Origin: Synechococcus sp. A15-28
GTDB taxonomy: Bacteria; Cyanobacteriota; Cyanobacteriia; PCC-6307; Cyanobiaceae
Length of the DNA: 32,000 nt
NCBI RefSeq assembly: GCF_014280175.1
Contig: NZ_CP047931.1
Location: 600,001 to 632,000 of the forward strand
Direction: 5' to 3'
The notes beneath the pieces are model-generated. The model saw only the letters and a list, made by a program, of their open reading frames with translations, searched no databases and was not told the origin of the DNA. Positions 15,623 through 22,176 of the stretch are shown in pieces (position 1 is the stretch's first letter; the number at the start of each line of letters is the position of its first letter). The translations under genes were made by a program, and so were the position numbers.

Positions 15623-18157
15623 ATGGCCACATCATTTCAGAACAGTTCAGGTTTTGGGGTCGTTGATGGAGGTGCTTCAGCACGAACATCTCGAGATCCT
15701 GCACTGCCACGATTCATTGATCGCATTCTTCATGCATCGTCTCGAAGACTTCGCTTCAGTGTGGAAACTGATTTCAAAGATCCAGATAACTTCACGCGAC
15801 ATATATCAACGCTTTCGTCAGTAGAGCAGGTTCGTTTTAATAGCTGGGCCTCTTGTTACATTGTAATTTTCAAGACTGGATATAAAATTGACGCTCTGCA
15901 ATGGCTAAGTTCACTACCACGGCGATCGCGTGAAATCCCTATTGTTCCAGAAGATTCGCTGACTGATACCGCCACTTCTACAAGCCTTCAGTCTGCTGAG
16001 GAAGAAGAGGAAAAATTTGTTCCAACGCGCATTATTCTCCCAGTTTGTTCTCTTGGTCTGGCCATAGCTGCTGGTCCTCTGGCTCTTCCTCCACTCGCCG
16101 TTGGAGTTTTTATCATTGGCGCAGCGCATCTGAGTTTCAAAAGAGCTTGGGAGGGTCTGAAAAAAGAGCGCAAAATTAATGTTGATTTTCTCGATGCCTT
16201 AGCTGTTTTGCTTCACAGCTTGGAGGGCTTTCTTTTGGGGCCAGCCATGATGATCACCATGATTGAGGGTGGTGAAGCTGTACGAGATGCTACTCAGCGT
16301 ATTGCTCACTCATCAAACACTGATCTTGTTTCCAGCCTTCAATCTGATGTGCGTCTGCTCACAGAAGATGGCGAGAAGATTGTTTCGAGTTTTGACCTTA
16401 GCCCTGGTGATCGTGTTTCGTTCCTGCCAGGAGACAAAATACCGATCGATGGTGTTATTGAGTCTGGTGAAGTTTCCCTCGATGTTGTGAAGCTGACGGG
16501 TGAATCAGTTCCGAGGATGTCGGGTCCCGGAGATGAGATTTTGGCCGGCTTTATTGTTTTGGAAGGCCACATTATTGTTACAACCTCTGCTGTTGGTCAT
16601 GACACGCGCGTCGGGCAGATCACTAAAATGATCGAGTCGGCGCCTGTTTTTGACACGCGTGTCGGAAATTTTGCCGCAAATATCGCCAATCGGTTTGTCA
16701 TCCCGACATTGGTTTTGGCGGGTGTCTCCCTGATGCTCAGTGCAGGCAATATTGCTCAGGCAGCATCTCTGCTCATGTTCGATCTTGGAACGGGGCTGCG
16801 TGTTTCAGTCCCAACTGCGATCATGGCTGCACTGACCAGAGCTGGAAGTCAAGGCCTGCTGATTCGTAGTGGACGTGCTTTGGAGCAGTTGGTTGAAGTT
16901 GATGTTGTCGTTTTTGATAAAACCGGTACGTTGACGGAAGGCCACCCGTCAATTGTTGAGTTTACTGTTTTTGACCAAAATGGAGCCCCCGATGAGTTTG
17001 TTGATGCTGATAAGTTTAAACACCTTTTGCAACTTTCCACATCACTTGAACAGGGGTTGAACCACCCGATCGCCAAGGCGATTCGTGATTTTGCTGAAGA
17101 GCAAGACGTCGACGTGATCGATTGCGAAAGCTGGGATTACAGGGTCGGTCGAGGTGTCGTCGCCACTGTTAATGGTGAGACGGTTCTTCTCGGAAACTTA
17201 AAACTTCTTCGGGAAGAGGGTGTCGAGATCTGGACAGTCGACTCCAAGCCTGAGCTGGACGTTGCTACCCCCATTTATCTTGCAGTTGATGGTCTCTTGG
17301 CCGGTATTCACTACGCCCTTGATCGTGTCAGACCAGATACGTCAGCCATGATCGCTGAATTGCATAACCGGGGTATTGAAGCTCATATGTTGACCGGTGA
17401 CATTTCCTCTGTCGCCCATGCTGTCGCTGCCGATATCGGCTTACAGCCTCATGAAGTTCATTCAGATGCCTTACCTGATCAAAAGGCAGAGTTGGTTCAA
17501 GAGTTCACTGCCGCAGGGAAGAAAGTTGTTTTTGTGGGTGATGGCATCAATGATTCAGCAGCCCTTGCCTATGCTGATGTCTCAGTATCCTTCGCCTCAG
17601 GCAGTGATTTAGCTCGCGAAACGGCTGATATTGTTCTCACGAATGATCGGGTCTCTGATCTGATTGTTGCCCAAGATTTAGCACGTCATACTTTTGCTTT
17701 GGTGAAACAGAACATTGGTATTGTCGGGGTTCCAAACTTATCGGCACTTCTGATCGGTACGTTCCTGCCAGTCAATCCCATCGCGGCTGTTTTCCTTAAC
17801 AATGGTTCCTGTCTTGTGGCAGCTGGCAATGCGATTCGGGCTCTTGGTTTCAAGGCCAAACCGCTACCTGAAATCGAAGCATCAGCTTCTACAGTGAATG
17901 TAGAAACAGTGCTCCCTGATACCGCTGCAGCTCAGGCCACGACAGAAGAAACTACCGACGAGAACGCTTCCTTACCCATCACTCATCTTGATTTGGCAGC
18001 TCTTTCACGTCGTGTTGGACTCAGTTATCAGAAGATCTCAGCCCGTCGTCGACGCAATGATTTTGCTGATTGGATATCGACTCATGATCCTGAAGGTCAT
18101 GGTTGGGAGTACAGCATTGATCTCAAAACATTCTCCATGGTTCCTGCGGTTTCATGA
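15623..18157 (+). CDS. P-type ATPase, P1B-like architecture, atypical (no CPx membrane motif, no CxxC N-domain)
   Basis: 844 aa with TGES (aa 292-295), FDKTGTLT (D432, nt 16916-16918), NHPIAKAI, MLTGD and GDGINDSAAL. The position of the P1B CPC reads LGT (nt 16784-16792). The N-terminal domain is HMA-like, with ..ILHASSRRLRFSV... Confidence 0.9.
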   Translation: MATSFQNSSGFGVVDGGASARTSRDPALPRFIDRILHASSRRLRFSVETDFKDPDNFTRHISTLSSVEQVRFNSWASCYIVIFKTGYKIDALQWLSSLPRRSREIPIVPEDSLTDTATSTSLQSAEEEEEKFVPTRIILPVCSLGLAIAAGPLALPPLAVGVFIIGAAHLSFKRAWEGLKKERKINVDFLDALAVLLHSLEGFLLGPAMMITMIEGGEAVRDATQRIAHSSNTDLVSSLQSDVRLLTEDGEKIVSSFDLSPGDRVSFLPGDKIPIDGVIESGEVSLDVVKLTGESVPRMSGPGDEILAGFIVLEGHIIVTTSAVGHDTRVGQITKMIESAPVFDTRVGNFAANIANRFVIPTLVLAGVSLMLSAGNIAQAASLLMFDLGTGLRVSVPTAIMAALTRAGSQGLLIRSGRALEQLVEVDVVVFDKTGTLTEGHPSIVEFTVFDQNGAPDEFVDADKFKHLLQLSTSLEQGLNHPIAKAIRDFAEEQDVDVIDCESWDYRVGRGVVATVNGETVLLGNLKLLREEGVEIWTVDSKPELDVATPIYLAVDGLLAGIHYALDRVRPDTSAMIAELHNRGIEAHMLTGDISSVAHAVAADIGLQPHEVHSDALPDQKAELVQEFTAAGKKVVFVGDGINDSAALAYADVSVSFASGSDLARETADIVLTNDRVSDLIVAQDLARHTFALVKQNIGIVGVPNLSALLIGTFLPVNPIAAVFLNNGSCLVAAGNAIRALGFKAKPLPEIEASASTVNVETVLPDTAAAQATTEETTDENASLPITHLDLAALSRRVGLSYQKISARRRRNDFADWISTHDPEGHGWEYSIDLKTFSMVPAVS

Positions 18158-18678
18158 CACCAACGCTTTGTTTGCGCCATCGCACCGATAGTCGCTGGAG
18201 GTTTGTGGTGACCCACGCATCCCAGTGTGATTGGGCTCGTCTGCAACGCGATCTTGTCGATGTTTTCCCCAACAGCAGCTGGTCTGTTCGAATCAATCAA
18301 AGGATTGGCTCGATTGTGGTTTGCCGCTTGGCTTCTGCACCACGCCTTCGTCAGGATCCGTTGTCATTGGTATTTGGGCGTGTTGCAAAGCAACTGAACC
18401 TTCAGGGATTTTCCGTCCCTGAAACCCCTTTAATCCCAACGGAAATCGTTGATCGGACCTCTCAGAAGCGGCTGAATGCTCTTCATTCGGTATTTCGTGG
18501 TATTGCCAATGCCGCTTCAGTGTCTTTATCCATATCTACTTTGTTATTGTCTCTGGCCCTCTTTATTATTGGTTTGCTGGGCATCCTTCTGCCATTTTCT
18601 CCAGGGATCTGGTTGTTGGTTGTAGCGACTGCTCTTTTTGACCTAGCCCTTTCTTTTCGTCGTCCTTTCGTCGTCTAA
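18154..18678 (+). CDS. Cysteine-free basic HMA-like (CoBaHMA/HMA2-like) domain protein with a C-terminal LPxxPG membrane hairpin, second copy
   Basis: ATGA start/stop overlap with the ATPase (18154-18157). LCLRHRTDSRWRFVV ... SVRINQRIGSIVVCR follows the HMA-like pattern. C-terminus ..LFIIGLLGILLPFSPGIWLLVVATALF.. Confidence 0.6.
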   Translation: MTPTLCLRHRTDSRWRFVVTHASQCDWARLQRDLVDVFPNSSWSVRINQRIGSIVVCRLASAPRLRQDPLSLVFGRVAKQLNLQGFSVPETPLIPTEIVDRTSQKRLNALHSVFRGIANAASVSLSISTLLLSLALFIIGLLGILLPFSPGIWLLVVATALFDLALSFRRPFVV

Positions 18679-18683
18679 ATCTC

Positions 18684-20780
18684 GTGACAATGCTTGCTGC
18701 GGCTTCACCATCCCCCTGGATCATCCGCAGCGAGCTCGCCGATCGAATTCGTGTCTTCCATCCAGGTTTGTCCTCCTCGCCTGGATTGCGCCAACATTGT
18801 GCGTCTTTGCTGCACCGGACGCATTGGCTGTTGAGTCACCGTATCAATGCTGTTTCTTCAACAGTAGTTATCCGATTCCACCCTCGCCAACGAGGCGATA
18901 TCACGCTCTTACTCGACCGTTGTTTCATTGACCCGGTAGCTGATTCGGGGCTTGAAAAGGCCCTTTCAGCAGAATCGCGCATCACAGACATCACGCACAG
19001 CTCCGCTTTTCAGAAGGCCCTTCGCACTGGCGCGATTTGCGGTTCAATTCTCTTCATTGATCCGATCGTCGCTGTTCCCCCGTTGGGTCTTGGCTTGGTG
19101 GCCACCATGCTGAGCTGGCCATTATTACGTGAATTATTTGAACAAGTGAACGAGCGCCTACAAGGAGAGGCTGATCCGCGACAGTTACTACCCCCTGCAT
19201 CGGTGGAGGTGGCACTGTCCGCTACGTTGATTGGATCAGGCTTGGCGCGTGAATCTCTTGTTGAAGGACTTCTAGGCAGTTCCACTTCGGCGCTTCAGTC
19301 GATGAGTGAGAACACCCAAGGATCAAGTTCGGAATTTTTTGCGTTTCTGGAGCGTCTGAAGACGTCAGTGATGCTGAGATGCATCGATATTCAAACAGAG
19401 GAAAGTACCTTGCTTCCTATTGGTGATCTTCAAGTTGGTCAACGCTATCGCTTGATGGACGATGATCATGTTTATCTGTCTTCCCGAGTTGTCCAAGGGG
19501 AGCTGGTTGTTACGAACAGCCTCAGCGATGGTTCCTCCCTGCCATTTCGTGTGGTGCCGGGTGATCACCTCGCCTTTGGGGCTTTTGTGCTGTCCGGAGA
19601 TGGTATTTGTGAAGTGGTTCAGTCGTTTTCTGAGGTCAGTCTCTTTAAGATCGAAGACACTCTTCTCGAGGAAGATGGATCAAGTGATTTCCAAAAGCGT
19701 TTGTCTTACTTGTACGATCTTCTGCTTCCTCCCGTACAGCTTGGATTTGGTGTTTGGTCGTTGCTGAATGGTCTAACAGAACGAGCCATTGGTTTGCTTT
19801 CATTTAACCCAGCTGAAGATTCTGAACGTTCCAAATTGTCTTCTTCAGAGTCAGCTTTGGTTGATATGGCACTCAATAATGTGCACATTTCAGATTCGCG
19901 CGTTTTTGAGACATTAATGGATGTTAGTCACATCATGATCAGCATCGATGCTTTGCGCCATCTTGGTACCTATTCTTGTCAACAAACCTTGTTAAATGGT
20001 GCTTCTGCACTTGATTGTGATTTACTTCAGATTCTTTGGGCTATTGTTTCTGATTTTGGTGCTGATCCATCTGTTGTCTTATGGGGAATTTTGAGTGATG
20101 TCCAAGAGAAACATCCTGCTCTTCAGTCTCTTGAAGTCAATGTCGGTGAATCGGATCAAGGTCTTTATCGCGTTGTCCTTGAAGGTCAGCCTGTCGTTTT
20201 AATTCGTTTCACGGAGAAGGATGGGGCAATTCATGCATCTTTCTCTACTGAAGAAGCGGATCTTGGTGTTATTACGATTACTTGGCGACCATCTCAAGAG
20301 TTTGAAATGATGTCGTCTCAGCTTTGTAAGCTTGGCATTTCAGTCTCTACGGTTGGTGCTCATTGTGGGCGCACTAAGGAAGCAGAAGACCGTAAGTCCA
20401 GATTGCTAGAGCTTCGTAATCAAGGATGTAAGGTGGCTTATCTTGGAGACGTTATTGACGATATTGCTGCAATGGCAGCAGCTGATATAGCTATAGGTCT
20501 TGCAGAGGATGAACTGGGCTTTATTTCTAAGACCGTTTGCGACATTGTACTTGGAGGCGATATTTTATGGTTGGCTCGTCTTTTTGTTTTGAGCCGAAAT
20601 TTTGTAGAAGCCAATCGTTTTAACACGAATTTGATTGTTGGCTCTTCTGTCCTGCTTGCAGCAGCCTCTCTTGTTGCCACCTTCTCGCCATTGCAAACGA
20701 TATTGCTATTTAACTCTGCTCCAATCATCGCTGAGATCAATACACTCAGGTCTCTCAACGGTTCAAGTTCCAGGCTATAG
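18684..20780 (+). CDS. Degenerate P-type ATPase paralog (probable pseudo-enzyme) with an N-terminal HMA-like domain
   Basis: 698 aa and collinear with P1B ATPases, but TGES becomes SDGS (aa 281-284), DKTGTLT becomes IDALRHLGT (D422, nt 19947-19949) and GDGINDxxAL becomes GDVIDDIAAM. TM segments are retained at both ends. Confidence 0.7.
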   Translation: MTMLAAASPSPWIIRSELADRIRVFHPGLSSSPGLRQHCASLLHRTHWLLSHRINAVSSTVVIRFHPRQRGDITLLLDRCFIDPVADSGLEKALSAESRITDITHSSAFQKALRTGAICGSILFIDPIVAVPPLGLGLVATMLSWPLLRELFEQVNERLQGEADPRQLLPPASVEVALSATLIGSGLARESLVEGLLGSSTSALQSMSENTQGSSSEFFAFLERLKTSVMLRCIDIQTEESTLLPIGDLQVGQRYRLMDDDHVYLSSRVVQGELVVTNSLSDGSSLPFRVVPGDHLAFGAFVLSGDGICEVVQSFSEVSLFKIEDTLLEEDGSSDFQKRLSYLYDLLLPPVQLGFGVWSLLNGLTERAIGLLSFNPAEDSERSKLSSSESALVDMALNNVHISDSRVFETLMDVSHIMISIDALRHLGTYSCQQTLLNGASALDCDLLQILWAIVSDFGADPSVVLWGILSDVQEKHPALQSLEVNVGESDQGLYRVVLEGQPVVLIRFTEKDGAIHASFSTEEADLGVITITWRPSQEFEMMSSQLCKLGISVSTVGAHCGRTKEAEDRKSRLLELRNQGCKVAYLGDVIDDIAAMAAADIAIGLAEDELGFISKTVCDIVLGGDILWLARLFVLSRNFVEANRFNTNLIVGSSVLLAAASLVATFSPLQTILLFNSAPIIAEINTLRSLNGSSSRL

Positions 20781-20815
20781 GGGTTGATTGTTAATTGATA
20801 TCTACAAATTCGAAT

Positions 20816-21421
20816 TCAGTTAACAAGTATCTTGACTCCGATGGCGATAAACAATGCCCCGCTTATGTACGACAGTCGTTTTTGACATAATCGATTTTTT
20901 AAACATTTTCCAGAGTAAACTGCCGTAATGGCTAAAAGAACGTTTGCGGCGACTGCTCCGGAGAAAATACTTTCAGCAGATATATTTGGACCTGCTGCTA
21001 AGGCAAGGAGTGCAAGTTGTGTGCGATCCCCGAATTCGGCTAAAAATGTTGTTGTGAAGGAGTTGCGTATGACGGCGTTGGCTGCCATCTTTGGTGCTGG
21101 TAATTGGAATTGGCTTGTATCGCATTCATCTTTGGCGACGTCAATCTTTGCTTCCAATCGTCTTGCTTCAATAATTGCGTTTGTGCCAAAGAGAAGGAAC
21201 GCAATACCCGAGACAATCTGAATGGTGTCGATGGATACGATCGATCTCATCCATACCCCAGCAGTGATCCAAAGTCCTGCCCCTATTGTGAGGGCTGAAA
21301 CGCTTCCAGTGAAAACCCAACGTGCTTTATGTCTTGCTGCCAGCAGAAGGGTAGTAATGAATGACTTATCTCCAACGCCTGCGATTGCGACAGTGGCGAA
21401 AGCAGTTGTGAACCCTGCCAC
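20816..21421 (-). CDS. UPF0016 / GDT1 / TMEM165 (Mnx-type) Ca2+/Mn2+:H+ exchanger family protein
   Basis: 201 aa in a two-repeat architecture. The second repeat has the canonical ExGD(K/R)(T/S) motif (..LAEFGDRTQLA..). The first repeat reads ..IAGVGDKSFIT.. GTG start. Confidence 0.75.
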   Translation of the reverse strand: MAGFTTAFATVAIAGVGDKSFITTLLLAARHKARWVFTGSVSALTIGAGLWITAGVWMRSIVSIDTIQIVSGIAFLLFGTNAIIEARRLEAKIDVAKDECDTSQFQLPAPKMAANAVIRNSFTTTFLAEFGDRTQLALLALAAGPNISAESIFSGAVAANVLLAITAVYSGKCLKNRLCQKRLSYISGALFIAIGVKILVN

Positions 21422-21499
21422 GATCTTTAAAAACTTTACAGAAACCCTATCGGAAAAGTCTCATGCCCGTTGTTTCCGTCAGTACATGTGGATATGGCT

Positions 21500-22027
21500 T
21501 CAGTGATTTGTGGGTTTCTTGATCAGCCAAGCTGTGCGCTGTCCGGCTCGATGGATCCGTTCAAACTCGAGGCCCATTCTGCGAAATCCAAGTTGACCAC
21601 TTGATAGTTGTACGGTCTGGGGCAAGCGCTTCACCTCGAGGAGCGAACAAATCTCGTGGCTAGAGAGTTCGATTTTTGTTGTTTTGAGCAAATGGAGAAG
21701 CTCAATTTTTTCACGCAGTAAACGTAGTTTGGAATACTTTCTGACGTCGTCTTGGAAAGGTTGCTCTGTATTTGTCTCGGTTGTTACTAGTTCATGATGG
21801 CTGCTGTTGGAGTCCACGGTGACGACTTCAGCTACCAGGGGGGCCTTCGGATTGTCCCGTCCGAGGTGGTCGTAGATAAGACCCGTTTCCTCCTGACGGA
21901 CCAAGGTGCGCATGCCTCGTCGAATTGGCTCAATTCCGAGTTCGCGAATGATGAGAAGCAGTTCAACGCGTGATATCCCTAGATCCGCCTCCAGGCTGCC
22001 AAGGCTGACTGCTTGCTGAGAGCTCAT
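21500..22027 (-). CDS. Hypothetical protein with an N-terminal helix-turn-helix-like segment (possible regulator)
   Basis: 175-aa ORF of intermediate G+C. ..LGSLEADLGISRVELLLIIRELGIEPI.. looks like an HTH. No family recognised. Confidence 0.45.
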   Translation of the reverse strand: MSSQQAVSLGSLEADLGISRVELLLIIRELGIEPIRRGMRTLVRQEETGLIYDHLGRDNPKAPLVAEVVTVDSNSSHHELVTTETNTEQPFQDDVRKYSKLRLLREKIELLHLLKTTKIELSSHEICSLLEVKRLPQTVQLSSGQLGFRRMGLEFERIHRAGQRTAWLIKKPTNH

Positions 22028-22093
22028 GTTGGCAATCTCTTGGATTCTCTTTTAACACGTTGGTTGCTTTGCGCTTTCTATTGTCACCGGCCC

Positions 22094-22131
22094 AAAAAAA
22101 ACGTGTGTGAAGCCCGATGGTTTCACACACG
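22094..22131 (-). terminator. Rho-independent terminator downstream of cysK
   Basis: On the minus strand the sequence reads CGTGTGTGAA-(10 nt loop)-TTCACACACG followed by T8. It lies 46 nt after the cysK stop. Confidence 0.7.
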
Positions 22132-22176
22132 CATGGATTAGAGCGTGAGCCGATGCATGGCCCCAGCGCTGTTGGT

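Larger units (their letters stand above)
10205..22093. other. AT-rich genomic island (accessory region, probably horizontally acquired)
   Basis: The composition shifts abruptly. Spot counts of 60-nt lines give about 30-53% G+C inside and about 65-73% outside. Codon usage changes, and all 12 ORFs are non-housekeeping. The left edge lies inside queA and the right edge just before the cysK terminator. Confidence 0.8.

Noticed and set aside
15623-18157. Annotating the island ATPase as a CopA/ZiaA/CoaT-type heavy-metal exporter.
   Set aside because: Both the CPx transmembrane motif and the CxxC motif of the N-terminal domain are absent. A specific Cu/Zn/Co assignment would be unsupported, so I kept only the generic call of an atypical P1B-like ATPase.
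20781-20815. AATTCGAATT palindrome between the convergent pseudo-ATPase and UPF0016 genes as a bidirectional terminator.
   Set aside because: The stem would be only 4-5 bp of A/T-rich pairs with no flanking T-run, so it is not convincing as a terminator.
21422-21499. Possible yybP-ykoY (Mn2+) riboswitch upstream of the UPF0016 gene.
   Set aside because: The spacer is only 78 nt. It holds just a short CGGAAA/TTTCCG stem and none of the conserved four-way-junction sequence I would expect. Without a covariance-model scan I cannot support the call.
10205-22093. Interpreting the island as a prophage, an integrative element, or an anti-phage defence or toxin-antitoxin island.
   Set aside because: I recognised no integrase, transposase, capsid or terminase genes, and no nuclease, helicase, methyltransferase or toxin-like ORFs. 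Nearly all products are membrane transport proteins or metal-domain-like proteins.
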